This document shows, in pieces, positions 14,065 to 27,159 of a DNA stretch of 64,000 bases (position 1 is its first letter; each line of letters begins with the position of its first letter). The stretch spans positions 65,844,001 to 65,908,000 of the forward strand of contig OX597818.1 of the NCBI GenBank assembly GCA_951406725.2, written 5' to 3'. The stretch is from Octopus vulgaris (taxonomy: Eukaryota). A program made the translations under genes and the position numbers. Below the pieces are notes generated by a model. The model was not told the DNA's origin. It ran no database searches and worked only from the letters and a program-made list of their open reading frames with translations.

Positions 14065-14262
14065 TTTCAAATATTAGCACAGGGTGAGCGAATTCGAGGG
14101 AGGGGATGCGTTAATTACATGGACCCCAGTTATTATCTGGTTATTAATTTAGCGGCCCCGAAAGAACGAAATGCAAAATCGGTATCTGAGTTATTTGAAC
14201 ACGGTCCGTAACGAGTTTGCATGCTGCCCGGCGTTCTAACGATTCGGCCAGCTCGCCGCCTT
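14065..14262 (-). mobile_element. Degenerate family-A SINE
   Basis: gccagctcgccgcc head and gaccccag...ccccgaaaga core. Confidence 0.7.
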
Positions 14263-15092
14263 CGCTCAATCAATAATAATATTAATTCTTATTGATTTTA
14301 TAGGTTTAGCTGTATTTTACCCTGGGTGATGTGTCTCAATATATTGACACTAGCATTTCGACTATTTCAATTAAAGAGATTTTGAAAATCAAAATCTAAG
14401 TAACAAAGAATCAAATAAAAAATTATAAGATCAATGTATGCCAAACTCCAAACAACAAAAAAACAATACAAATATAATAAAATATCAATAATGATAAATA
14501 CAACGAAACAATAACAAGGAAAAATTCCTTATTTCGGATCAGTTAATGAACTGTTTACTATTACATTCGTCTAGTATTGACTGGAAATATTCGCTCTCAT
14601 CTCAAGCAGATCACAGACAAAACTAATAGGAAAACAACTTGTTTTAGTGTTTTTACCTTCTTTTAAATTATAAAACTCAATACATCTGTCTGGTACTAAG
14701 AGACATATTGAAGAAGATAAATTTTTTTTCTCTTTCCTGAACATGAGGAAATCAGTTTGGTCTAAGCTAGAGAAAAAAATCTTTTATCTTTTCTTTTGAT
14801 ATACACACATAAAACAGTCATATGACGAAAGGAGAATGAGTATAGAAAGTTGAATAGACAGACTTACAGGCAGAAAAAAAGTGAAATACAGAAATTCTGT
14901 CTTGAAACATGCTACAAATATAGGAAATATCCGAAATAATGCAGTCCTATGAAAAAAAATAATTTGAATTGGTCATGGCTGAAACGCATTTGAATATATA
15001 TTACATCATACGTATGTGAGCTTATATACATCGTATATAGATCAGTTAGTGAAGAGAGAAAGTGCTCATCAACAACTACAACAGCAACGGTA

Positions 15093-15461
15093 GTGGGGGC
15101 GCAATGGCCCAGTGGTTAGGGCGGCGGACTCGCGGTCGGAGGATTGCTGTTTCGATTCCCAGACCGGGCATTGTGTGTGTTTATTGAGCGAAAACACCTT
15201 AAGTTCCACGAGGCTCCGGCAGGGTGTGGTGGCGACCCCTGTTGTACTCTTTCGCTCCAACTTTCTGTCACTCTTTCTTCCTGTTTCTTGTCCTCGACAT
15301 CCTACGCAACCGCTGAGCCTGGATGCGCATTCATCCATCCGTCGATGTTCTCGGTGTCAGGGGTTTACCTGCTTTCTCTTCTGCGGGTCTTACGAATAGC
15401 AAAGGAACACGTTTCGGACTTCTCCCACTACTGATTTCTCCGCTTCGCTCAACATCAACAT
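15093..15461 (+). mobile_element. Family-C SINE (tRNA-like head) with a distinct 3' module and 14-bp TSD
   Basis: A-box tggcccagtgg, B-box-like gtttcgattcc; caacagcaacggta is repeated at 15079-15092 and 15462-15475. Confidence 0.85.
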
Positions 15462-15509
15462 CAACAGCAACGGTAATAGTTACAATATCACATTCAATTT
15501 CATACAGGC

Positions 15510-16035
15510 AGGTATCAGACGGTTTCAAAAAATGGAAGATGTTGTATAGAACATATTGCAATGATTTCGAAACATTGACAAATAGAGATGTTTTCATAAA
15601 TACAGAGATAAATGAAACCACTACAGGCAAAGGAACTGGCGTGTGAGAATATGAGATTGACCGAGAATCATGAAGGGAACACATAATTTTGAAAAATATT
15701 GACTTGGACGATAATTTAACTCATGACATACGTAAAAATAATAATTTTGAAAAATATATTTGTGATATATTAAGCAAATACAGCGTACGACAGTTGTTAT
15801 CCATTCTCACAGAGAAGAGAAGAGAAATTTACAATATTCAGACTTGTTTACCTATTCTTACTGTTGTGGTGGGGAAAGAGGCAGCCTGCTTTTTATAGCT
15901 AATGGCCTACTTGGTTATGCTACTCTTCAACAGCTTACTGTGGTGCAACTCGGCTTGCGGAACATTGGAAAATTATTTCGCAGAGAAAACGTTTTATAAT
16001 AATGCTGGTCTATGTAATGTGTATAATTCAAGATA
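15510..16035 (+). pseudogene. Possible decayed coding sequence of unknown family
   Basis: One frame (shared by ORFs 15323 and 15689) runs about 170 codons with only three internal stops, after a ttcatacag acceptor-like site; no motif recognised. Confidence 0.25.
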
Positions 16036-17784
16036 AAATGGTAAAGGGCAATTATTCAAATACTCTTATAGCATAACTGCGAATATTTCATTTAAATTGT
16101 TCTATAAACCCGAGCAGTACACACATTTTGTAATTAATTTTCTATGTATCATAAAAAAGTCGTGATTGTTCGTGAGATCTTTTGAAGAGATTATTTGAAG
16201 AATTTAAGAATTAGTTTCCCAGCTTTGTTACATGTTTTCCAGAAGAACACAACCACTCACACATGAAATTATTGGATTTCAATTGCATAGTAATGTGTAA
16301 AATATATAATTTTATCTGTATGGTTAAATGAAGCACAACTATATTAATAATGTCAAGAAGAAAAAAGCAGGAACGGAGCTCTCATATTTACAAGCAAATA
16401 TCCTACAATAATTTTGCTTACCATGTGAAATTATTTGAGAAAATAAACTAAATCTTCCAAAAAATATTTTCATTACTTTCATTTTTAAATGCACGCTATC
16501 AGCTGTCATGAATGAAATATGATATGAAACCATTCCAAACATGGACACTACAACCAATTCCCGTTCATTGAATGCAAAGGGATCATTTGTTATGTCTTTT
16601 TTGTTTCCTAACACGAGATGGATATCGCCTTTTTGTTCTCTGCTATTTCTTGCTGTGTAAATGACAGTATAAAGAGTGCTTCTTGCCCCGTACCTCGTTA
16701 TTCTTTTTTTAAGGGTGAATTTCACTTTTTACTCTTTTTATATTTTACTGCTTCCAGTTGCCGAAATGCGGCCATGATGCAGCAACAGCGTAATTTTTAT
16801 TCTTTCAGTGTTGTAGTCGTTTTATGGCTGAAAGTTGGTCAATCATTGCGTTAGTAGCAACTGATCTTCCCTGTTCAGTATCGTCGTAATGAGTCTATAA
16901 AACGCTTTCGTTGTTAATGTTTCAGCAGTGATTACTTTTATATTTCTGGGTTTCTTAGGTAGGAATTCGAATAAATGAGGACCTCTAAACTTCAGACGGG
17001 TACAGTACTAAGATATATTAAAATATTGATTATAAATGTTGCTCTTTCTATAGTTTTTCAACTGCCGCAGGAATCACAACTACAAACATACTTTGGAGAA
17101 ATGGAATAATTGCATGTGATTCATGAAGACACAGACTGGATTATCTACATAATATATGTACACACACATACACACATATAGATACGCACACACACACGCA
17201 CAGAAATATGTAAAATTAAAGAAATTTATCGCAATTTCTCCTACTTATAGTAGTTGCTTAGCCACGTAACCAGGAGCAGACTGGATGACGGAAATCTAAG
17301 TTTAGCTCTAAACTTAACAATATTTATCGTACATATATTTGTAAACCAAAGATAAGATACGTACATAAATAGACGCACGTACATGCCCACGCACAAATAG
17401 ACATACATGCGTGTATGTATGTACATATGGATGTAAATGTGTTTTTATGTATATATTTAAGTATGTATGTTTTTATATGTGTATAAAAAGGTAACCCATA
17501 ATTTTAGGCGTAAATTTAATGCATAAAATGCTGTTGGATCTTGGAAGTGTCATTTGTAAATTTTAATCAATTTATTACATGCAAATTCGGAAAATAAAAA
17601 GAAGACTTTAATTTATAATTATATAGCAGGCCGAAACTGTGTTTGATATTTAGAATTCTAGACTTGCTTAGAGAGAGATTTTGCATCAGCTGATAGGGTT
17701 TCAGTTCACAATTTGTCTCCGCTTCATGTAGATTAACTTGGAAATACTATACTGAAATTCATTTGAAAACACATGTATTATTTT

Positions 17785-18425
17785 ATTCTCCAGGCACGAG
17801 GCTCGAAATCTTTGAGGAGGGGGCCAGTCGATTATATCGATCCAAGTATGGAACTGGTACTTAATTTATCGATCCTGAGAGGATGAAAGGCAAAATAAAC
17901 CTCGACGGAATTTTAACTCAGAACGTGAAGACACAACATTCCGCTAAGCATTTCGCCCGGTGTGCTAACTTTTGTTTCTTCTTTATTGCCCACAAGGGGC
18001 TAAAAATATAGGGGACAAACAAGGACAGATAAAGGCATTAAGTCGATTACATCGAGCCCAGTGCGTAACTGGTATTTAATTTATCGACCCCGAAAGGATA
18101 AAAATCAAAGTCGACCTCGGCGGAATTTGAACTCAGAACGTAACGACAGACGAAACACTTATTTTGTTTACTACTCACAAGGAGCTAAACACAGAGAGGA
18201 CAAACAAGGACAGACAAACGGATTAAGTCGAATCTATCGACCCCAGTGCGTAACTGGTACTTAATTTATCGACCCCAGTGCGTAACTGGTACTTAATTTA
18301 TCGACCCCGAAAAGATGAAAGGCAAAGTCGACCCCTCGGTGGAGTTTGAACTCAGAACGTAACGGCAGACGAAATACTGCAAAGCATTTCGCCCGGCGTG
18401 CTAACGATTCTGCCAGCTCAACGCC
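17785..18425 (-). mobile_element. Multimeric family-A SINE with an internal tandem duplication of about 30 nt
   Basis: One head at 18425 followed by repeated B-box/core/tail units; tatcgaccccagtgcgtaactggtacttaatt is duplicated at about 18235-18300. Confidence 0.85.
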
Positions 18426-18699
18426 TCTCGGAAACGGATTTATGCAGAGTCTTCATCGTGTCATGTTGGAAGTAAGATATCTTGTCGCATAACCTGGATG
18501 TTACTTTTACTCGCCACATTTTAGTATTTTCTAAACAGGTAAAGATTCCGTTGAAACAACGTGATTCAATAGAATAAGTTTACTTACTGTCATGTATTAT
18601 TCTGAATGTCAAGATATGTTACCTACATCAGAGAAAAAAATAAATTTGTTGGTTCTAACCACCGTTCTGCTTTAGCATTTTAAGATAACTTACTTTATA

Positions 18700-18930
18700 T
18701 TTACTTGAGTCATTGGACTGCGTCAATTTTGGTGCACCAGCCGAAGGGTTTACACTAGCAATTTTCCTCGGTATAAACAATAACGGGGGCTATAAAGCGG
18801 TGAGAATATCTACAGGCACAAATTCAAGGAACGCTCTCACTCATGGTATGAGTAGGTGCGGTGTTTTGGTAGGAAAAGACCCTTTATCAAGGTGCTGCAC
18901 AGAAGCACAGCCATAGTGACCACATATTTG
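18700..18930 (-). mobile_element. Degenerate family-B SINE remnant
   Basis: acttgagtcattggactgcg...gcacc resembles the family-B tail; the remainder is decayed. Confidence 0.45.
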
Positions 18931-20139
18931 TAGATCGAGTATCGAAACCACACAGACATGCCTGCATTTTGAAGAAATATCTTTAAAATATATGGACGTG
19001 ATATTCATGAAGAGAACAATATTTTGTGGCATTGCTGTTTAGTTATAGTTATGTTAAACTGGCAGTTTTTTGGTAAATTATTGCAATGTCTGACGTTGGT
19101 TACAGTAGAATAAAATATGGTAGGAAGTGGGTAAAAGAAATAATGAACATACAGCAAAATAAAAAAAAAAAATTGAACAAAATCCATTTTCTTTGCGAAG
19201 AAAAAAAATGTATTCTTTATTGAACATATTTCTATTTTAGTCTTAATAACACGTACATGCAGTTAAATTTATTGCTCTCATATCTTGTGAAGAAACAAAA
19301 ATGTTTAAAATTTTCCCAAGCAATATCAGAAAAATAATCCCCAAGAGAATGTACCTAGAATTTAAACTTTGACTAAAAAAGAAAAGTTAAATCGAAAATT
19401 TACATCGTCATAAATCTAAATGACAAAATAATATATATATATATATGTATATATATATGTTATTAGTCTTGGGAAGAACGTGTTTTATAATACAACCACA
19501 TATCATCGCGTATCTTGTAAAGTTCAGTATGCATAGAAGAACTATTAGTATACAAAATAATCTGCTTCATACCATAAGAAAGATAAAAATAAGACATCAG
19601 ACGTCTCATATGTAGCTACTGGTTAGTAATAACTCTAGTCACGACATTTACAGCTCACTCAAATTGACAAAATCTTCATCCTCCTCCTTTTCTTCACTAT
19701 CATCATCAAAAATATCGTTAACAGCAGCATCATTGCCATAACCAAATTCATCTTCATTATACAGCATAATCAGTCAGTATTAACAACATTCCCGATCAAT
19801 ATATCGGCATATTTTATTTTTTTTAATCTTGTGTCGACATTATATGTCTCTATTTATCGCAATAATGAATCATCAAGTCTGGCAGATCCAGTATTCAAAG
19901 AACATTTCTCGATGATTCTTCTTCCTCAAGTCTACTTTGAACTTTGCTGCAGACAATAATTCCTCAGTTCGTTGTTCCGACATATTTTCTCACAAAATAT
20001 CAATTCATAGCCATCTACGTCTCTACCAACAAAGAGAGTTAAATATTGACTTAATTACAATGGCTATTTTGGTGTCCGATTTGTAAAGACATAAAGATGT
20101 ACGTATCGATATATATGTCAGTCTGTTTGATTTAGAAGC

Positions 20140-20262
20140 TAGCGTTAACAGTCACGTGAGCTGGGGTTCGGTTCCATTTCGTGGAATCTTCGGCATCTGT
20201 TTTCAACTATATCACAAGATCGAACGATGCCGTGTGAATCAATGTGGTAGACGGAAGCTATG
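20140..20262 (+). mobile_element. Partial degenerate family-B SINE
   Basis: ggggttcggttcc...gtggtagacggaagct resembles the family-B 5' half. Confidence 0.5.
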
Positions 20263-20317
20263 AAAAATATAATCATGCCGGAGTGAGTGCGTACATATAT
20301 ATATATATATATCATAG

Positions 20318-20397
20318 TAGTAATAATAATAATGATAATAATAATAATAATAATAAAATCAACAACAACAACAACACTGATAATAATAATAATAATG

Positions 20398-20455
<58 letters not shown>

Positions 20456-20612
20456 CAACAACAATATGAAAAATACCTTAGGAATGAGAACCTAGGTACG
20501 AAATTTCCCCAAGACACCTGATGAAGGCGGTAGTGTACTTCAGCCGAGACATTGTATTGACAACAAACGAGATGAGGATAGGTATAGTGAAATGTAAATA
20601 ATGTTAATAATG
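20318..20612 (+). mobile_element. (AAT)n tract plus hammerhead module (decayed); related to 31331-31432
   Basis: acac-CTGATGA-a-ggcgg..cagcc-GAGACATT-gtat at 20514-20557, followed by gatgaggata...gtgaaatgtaaataatgt as in the 31.3-kb copy. Confidence 0.65.
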
Positions 20613-20618
20613 TATACG

Positions 20619-20685
<67 letters not shown>

Positions 20686-20688
20686 ATG

Positions 20689-20721
<33 letters not shown>

Positions 20722-20757
20722 ATATATATAGACATATATATATATACATATATATAG

Positions 20758-20788
<31 letters not shown>

Positions 20789-20791
20789 GAT

Positions 20792-21688
20792 ATCCTTAAA
20801 TCCTTAAATCCTTAAAAATGTTTTAGCCCGAAGGCCGCGGCCATGCTGGGGCACCACCGCTGAATGAGCTACACTAGTTTGTGAATCCACCTCTGATACG
20901 TGGCACTTGATCAACAAGGGAGTTCGATGCTGCTGCCCGCATCCGTGTCTCCTGTCGTGAGGTAGGTTCATCTGGGACTCCCAACAAGAAGAGATCCAGT
21001 TTAGTTTTAAAGAAACCCACATCCACACCATGTAAGTCTCTCAGGCATTTAGGGAGGATGTTAAAGAGCTGTGGTCCTCTGAAACCCAAGCTGTTGCAGT
21101 ATCTGGACCTGTATTTTGATGGTGATGTTGGAATCCTTGGCACCACGCAGCGGCGCCCGTTCTGCGGTTGGAGTAACTTTGAATGCCAAAGTTTGGGACA
21201 AGACCCTCCAGGATTTTCCAGATGTATATCACTGCATATCTCTCCCGCCTCCGCTCCAGGGAGAAGAGGTTTAATACCTTCAGTCTTTCCCAGTAGCTGA
21301 CATTTTGCATTGAGACGATTTTCTTTGTGTAGCTTCTCTGAGTTGCTTCGAGTTCTGCTGTTTGTTTTATATTGTGTGGTGACCAAAGTTGGGAGCAGTA
21401 GTCCAAGCGGCTGAGGACAAATGTTTTCCATAGGACCATCAGTGTCTCCTTCTCTCTTGTTCTGAAAGTTCGGAGAATCCATCCAGCTAGCCGTCTGCAT
21501 TTTATCACCAGATTAGCAATATGCATTTGGAAAGATGCATCATTGCTCATGTCAATGCCCAGGTCACGCACTGATTTTGACTCAGGGATTGCAATTCTTC
21601 CTGGGCCAGTGTATCCAGTCTTCACGTCATTTACCTTTGTGTGCCAGTAGCGCAGGGCCTGGAACTTACCTGCATTAAACTGCATGTT
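20792..21688 (-). mobile_element. 5'-truncated CR1-type LINE (RT C-terminus, 3' UTR, (TTTAAGGA)n tail)
   Basis: [60 protein letters not shown], then a frameshift to [23 protein letters not shown]. Confidence 0.92.
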
Positions 21689-21841
21689 TATATACATATA
21701 CACATAGATAATGAAAGTTAAATAGAGTGATACATGCATGCTTACATATATGTATGCATGCATATATGTAGATATATGTATATGTATACATATATATATG
21801 GGTATGTGTGTATACATGCATATATATATATATATATATAA

Positions 21842-21922
<81 letters not shown>

Positions 21923-21924
<2 letters not shown>

Positions 21925-22075
21925 CGGAGTAAACACATAGATGTGAAGCAAGGTGGAAAAAAGAGTACTCAAATTCCAGAGGTAGAGTAATATGCTTTAT
22001 TTAAAAGCAGCAGAAATTCAACAAAAGCTGTTACTCGGAGTTTCCCGTTCCCGTTCGTCGGACAGTTTTGTTAAA
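21923..22075 (-). mobile_element. TA-flanked short element with a minimal hammerhead (CCGACGA core)
   Basis: aacaaaactgt-CCGACGA-acgggaacgg-GAAAC-tccga-GTA-acagcttttgtt at 22020-22072; long stem I. Confidence 0.75.
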
Positions 22076-22259
22076 ATATATATATCATTGCATGTTTAAT
22101 ATGTGCGTTTTACATAAATATGCGCACCCACGCACACTATATATAGTTATATCATATCAACTAGGTCGGTGCTATCGCTACTCTGTGTGCATGCGTATGG
22201 AAGAGGCACGAGAGTGTGGTACCCAACTGTGGAATGGTGAGCTGTATCATCCCCTGAAC

Positions 22260-22470
22260 TTGATGTCGTTGCACTGTCCCAAAGGGCCAACCATCCCGTC
22301 TCGAGATTCAATGACCCATGACTGTTTAATCCGTTACCAAAACGTCTGAGACATTTACCTAGAATAGAGTTGGACTTTCTGTTGTCCAATGCGCCGGATG
22401 AAGCTACATCAGGACAAGCATCTAAACAGGGAAATAGTAGTGGACGCACAGCTGCACCAAACATTGATCG
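22260..22470 (+). mobile_element. Old CR1-type LINE 3' fragment
   Basis: One frame reads FNPLPKRLRHL..ELDFLLSNAPDEATSGQ, homologous to the C-terminus of 20792-21688. Confidence 0.65.
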
Positions 22471-22617
22471 CGAAAAGTGGCATTAGGAAAGGTGACAGTA
22501 CTGGACAGCATTTAGGATGAACGGTATAAATCAATTAAAGAATAAGAGTGGAAAAGAATGCAAAGGTGTTAAATGTTTATTGTATCTGCATATGGGCAGA
22601 ATATATACATATAATAC

Positions 22618-22729
<112 letters not shown>

Positions 22730-23597
22730 TATATATATACGTACGTATACATCTGTATGCGCGTATATACGTGACGTTTTTTTTTTGGTGTCCTGTACTC
22801 ATATATGCGTGTATATATACATGTAGAGGTAGGTACGTACATATATGTATATGTATATGCATATGTTTTATTTACTAATATATTATATGACGGAACGCAC
22901 CCAACCCTTTCTAAGTAAGATTGTTCTTGATATCAATTTTGATGCGCACTCTAAACCTTTCTGTCCCCACCCTTTCTCAGCCTTCATTCTTTATGATTTC
23001 CTTTTCTTCTACTTAACTGTCTCTCCATCTCTCTCTCATTATTCACTCTCTCTCTCTCCCTCTCTCTCATTCTTCATTCTTTCTGGTTTCCTCACAACCA
23101 TTCCCCTTTCTTCTCTCCCTTTCTCTTACTCCTCCTCCTCTCTCCCACCGTTAACCCGCGACGAGAGCCTTGCCACCTTCTTGAGGTGTGGACGGCAATT
23201 TTTTTTTGCCTCCTTCGCCGTCCACAGAAGTAGCGTTCGTAATACTTTTTTCGTTCGGCGTTAACAGCCCTTCTTTTCTTGTTATTTTCCTTGTCCTGTC
23301 TTTTACTGCTTATATTTTGTACTGTCGTTACTGTCCTGGTTTTGTTACCATTTTTACCCCTCTGCAAAAAGATCTCAAATTTTATTTCGTTTGCTTTTTG
23401 CAGGAAGGAAGTTTTCTATCGAAGATGCGTCTCGCCTTCACCTTCGGAACGCAGAGTAGATGAAACCATGGCGACTGAAGAAGGAGTTTTTTCCTTGTGT
23501 TATTTGTCCTTTACTCATATATGCGTGTATATATACATGTAGAGGTAGGTACGTACACATATGTATATATATATATATATATATGCATGTGTTTTAT

Positions 23598-23656
<59 letters not shown>

Positions 23657-24100
23657 AAGGGTGGAAAGGAACACATGAGTTGATATATATGAAAAAACAA
23701 GTCAAAAATAGAAAATGCTAAGATAATTTTATAGTGAATCTTTCAGTACCGGTTTCGGTCATTTTGAGACCTTTTCAACTGTAACGATTAAATAATTAAA
23801 TTTAGAAAAATTAGAAGAAAAGTTTTTTTAAAAGAATATTTCTATAGTAGTGTTCAGATATAAGTAGCATTCTGCCTTTCTCTGACTCCCTTGTTTGCAC
23901 TTGTGTGTTCGAGGTCGTTGTGAGTTCTTGGTAGGGTAGGTGAAGAATAAGGAGGCTGATGTGGAGAGGGGGTGGGGAAATCTGGGAATGCCTTGATGGT
24001 CGTATTTTGAATGGTCAGTGGCTGACAGCAGTCGCAGTTCAATTCAGGAATTGTTTATGGAATTTGCGTAGGCGTTATACTGAAAGATATTAGTGACAAG
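23657..24100 (-). mobile_element. Penelope-like terminal fragment with a minimal hammerhead (U3-A8 core)
   Basis: cag-TTGAAAA-ggtc/tcaaaat/gacc-GAAAC-cg-GTA-ctg at 23744-23781; abuts (TA)n. The distal boundary is approximate. Confidence 0.7.
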
Positions 24101-24109
24101 GTTAAGGGG

Positions 24110-24285
24110 TAGAAGGTGGAGAAGTAGAAGAAGAAGAAGAAGATGACGATGTTGATGATGATGATGATGAAGAAGAAGAAGAAGGAGGAGAAGGAGAAGA
24201 TGATGGTGATGATGGTGGTGATGATGATGACGACGATGATGATGATAATGATGATGATGAAGAAGAAGAGGAAGAAGAAGAAAAA
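24110..24285. repeat. (GAA)n/(GAT)n compound microsatellite
   Basis: Directly visible. Confidence 0.9.
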
Positions 24286-24496
24286 AAACAGAGATAGTTA
24301 ATCCAAACAAGAAAGCACAAAAAAAAACACAACACGAGGACGTGGAAGAAATATAGTATTATTAGACGCTCGGGAAAGAAAGAAAGGAGGGTTTAACGTT
24401 TCGAGAGGAGCTCTTCGTCGGAAACATGGGAGAAGGAAAGATCCAGAGAAGGAAAGACAGAGGAAAAAAATCGTCAACGGTACACACGAGGTCACG

Positions 24497-24500
<4 letters not shown>
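24286..24500 (-). mobile_element. Short element with a minimal hammerhead (CCGACGA core)
   Basis: gttt-CCGACGA-a-gag/ctcct/ctc-GAAACGTT-aaac at 24391-24425; shares ttcccgagcgt with the 8042 family. Confidence 0.7.
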
Positions 24501-24545
<45 letters not shown>

Positions 24546-25328
24546 TATATACGTGTATACCTGTCTGCACTTATGTATGTATGCATATATGAGTATGCAA
24601 GTGGGTACAGGTGAATATGTATGATTATAGTTATAGATATTTTATATAAGCACAATTTATAAATGTGTTTGTGTGGATGTAGATATATTTACACATACCT
24701 AACTCTGTGCGTGTACGTGTATATCCGTATGTGCGTGAGTATATGTATACACTCACATTTATACGCTTTTGCCAGCCTGTATGCATACATCTATCTATGC
24801 AAGAAATTACTCTATATATGCAAAAATTAGATACAAATAAGCGTGTACATACGTGAATGCATGTGACATACAAGTGTTTTGTATGCGTATGTATGTATTG
24901 ATGTGTGTAAATGTCTATATACATGATTGACTATATACATGTGTATACATCTTCACAGGTATACATTTTTCTACCATTCGTCACTGACCTGTCCTTTAAG
25001 CATTCTAACCTTTATTTCAAATTTTTATTCCATCATTTTACTAGCCCTCTCCCCTCTCTTTGCTCTCCACGGTAGCTCTATCACAACATACCTCACTCTC
25101 CTTTACTGTGTACCCTCTCATCTCTTTCTCTCTCTCTCACTCTCACCTCTCCTTTCTTTCTATCATTTTACCCCGACTGACCACTAGGCAGCAAAGATTG
25201 TGGTTCTTCATTTTTTCCTTTTTTCTTCTCTCTTTGATTTGACCTTCTAAACACATTCCCAACTTTTAGGTCACTTCAAAGAGCCCTCTATCGAATAACA
25301 CTTTTTACAAGACTCTATGCTTGGAATG

Positions 25329-25636
25329 CGCAGGCACATGGCCTAGTGGTTAGAGCAGCAGACTTGCGGTCGAAGTATCGCGGGTTCGAATCTCAAACTG
25401 GGTGATGTGTGTGTTTATGAGCGAAAAACCTGAGCTCCACGCGATTCCGGCTGAAGGTAATGGCAAACTTCGGCTGATACTTTCGCCACAACTTTCTCTC
25501 CCTCTTTCCTCCTGCATCTTGCAGTGCACCTGCGTCGGACCGGCATCCCATCCAAGTGGGGAACCCATACACCAAGAAAACCGGGAAACCGGCCCTTATG
25601 AGCCAGGCGTGGCTCGAGAAGGAACCAACAACAAAA
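25329..25636 (+). mobile_element. Family-C-related SINE (Meta/V-like domain variant) with 14-bp TSD
   Basis: tggcctagtgg A-box, ggttcgaatc B-box, tgcgtcggaccggcatcccatcca..gaaaaccggga domain; TSD ctatgcttggaatg at 25315-25328 and 25637-25650. Confidence 0.85.
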
Positions 25637-25908
25637 CTATGCTTGGAATGGCCAATTATAAGCAACATTGGAACCCACGCACAAAGTACAGGAAACATAT
25701 ATATATATACCATTCTGCTCAAATAATGGAACTGCAGATAAAATATCCCCACGTCTTCGATTTCTCTTTTCCTTCCTTCACTTCACTCTGTTTTTCATAT
25801 CTTCTCTATAATAACTATTGCTTAACCATTTTCACGCACCCTCCCTAATGGAGGGATATATAAAATATCCCAGAAACAGCTGTAAGGCTTTCTCTTTATA
25901 AATGTATA

Positions 25909-26078
25909 GGCGCAGGAGTGGCTGTGTGGTAAGTAGCTTGCTAACCAACCACATGGTTCCGGGTTCAGTCCCACTGCGTGACATCTTGGGTAAGTGTCTT
26001 CTGCTATAGCCCCGGGCCAACCAGTGCCTTGTGAGTGGATTTGGTAGACGGAAACTGAAAGAAGCCTGTCGTATATAT

Positions 26079-26114
<36 letters not shown>

Positions 26115-26330
26115 ATGTTTGTGTGTCTGTGTTTGTCCCCCTAGCATTGCTTGACAACCGATGCTGGTGTGTTTACGTCCCCGTCACTTAGCGGTTCGGC
26201 AAAAAGAAACCGATAGAATAAGTACTGGGCTTACAAAAAGAATAAGTCCCGGGGTCGAGTTGCTCAACTAAAGGCGGTGCTCCAGCATGGCTGCAGTCAA
26301 ATGACTGAAACAAGTCAAAGAGTAAAAGAG
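25909..26330 (+). mobile_element. tRNA-derived SINE, family B (internal TA/TG microsatellite, CR1-like 3' end)
   Basis: tggctgtgtgg A-box, gggttcagtcc B-box, tail ggcggtgctccagcatggctgcagtcaaatgactgaaac; near-identical to 38311-38748. Confidence 0.9.
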
Positions 26331-26779
26331 TATACCAATATACACACATAAACGACAAGAAGAATTAGGAAAAACATAGACCAAGGAGAGAGAAAATGTG
26401 TGAGGTTAATCTCGCAATCGTCCTTTCTACGTGTGTTCTTAATCAATGTCCTTGTTTAATGATTATATATCGAATTCATGTATCTTTCTTTGTGTGATTT
26501 CCAATGTCAGGGAACACTTGTGAACTCGTCAAATATCTTCGAGATAACAAACCTGTCACTTTGAGGTCATTTAACCTAGACCAGCATGTAACGAAACTTT
26601 GATAATACTTGAAACTCATTCAGAAGATATGATTAGAGGCTGACATCAGTATATGTTTTTTTGAAATTGGTTTTCCACCTATTGAATGATATTGCGTGTA
26701 CATATATGCCTGTGTGTGTGCGTGTGTGTTCATTCAAAATTTAAAACATAGCAAATGCAACAAGTCCTTCGTTTTCTTT

Positions 26780-26943
26780 TATGTCGTTGTTGTTTTTCTT
26801 TTTGTTGTTGTTGTTGTCCTCCTCCTCCTCCTCCACTTCCTTTTTCTTCGTCTTTTCCTTCTTCTTCTTTTCCTTCTTCTTCTTATTCTTCTTATTCTTC
26901 GTCCTCTTCTTCTCCTTCTTCCACTTCTTCTCCTTCTTCCTCC

Positions 26944-26980
<37 letters not shown>

Positions 26981-27001
26981 CATTATTATTATTACCATTA
27001 C

Positions 27002-27051
<50 letters not shown>

Positions 27052-27089
27052 AATTATTATTATTATCATTATTATTATCATCATCATCA

Positions 27090-27159
<70 letters not shown>

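Noticed and set aside
15069-15434. Overlapping ORFs over SINE bodies (also 25350-26157, 34503-34881, 38306-38572, 51263-51920)
   Set aside because: They coincide with GC-richer SINE sequence and show no protein motifs.
18235-18310. Repeats of about 30 bp resembling a CRISPR array
   Set aside because: Tandem duplication inside a SINE with no spacers, in a eukaryotic context.
23455-23500. GAAACCATGG followed by CTGAAGA and a hairpin
   Set aside because: Order and spacing do not fit any hammerhead topology.
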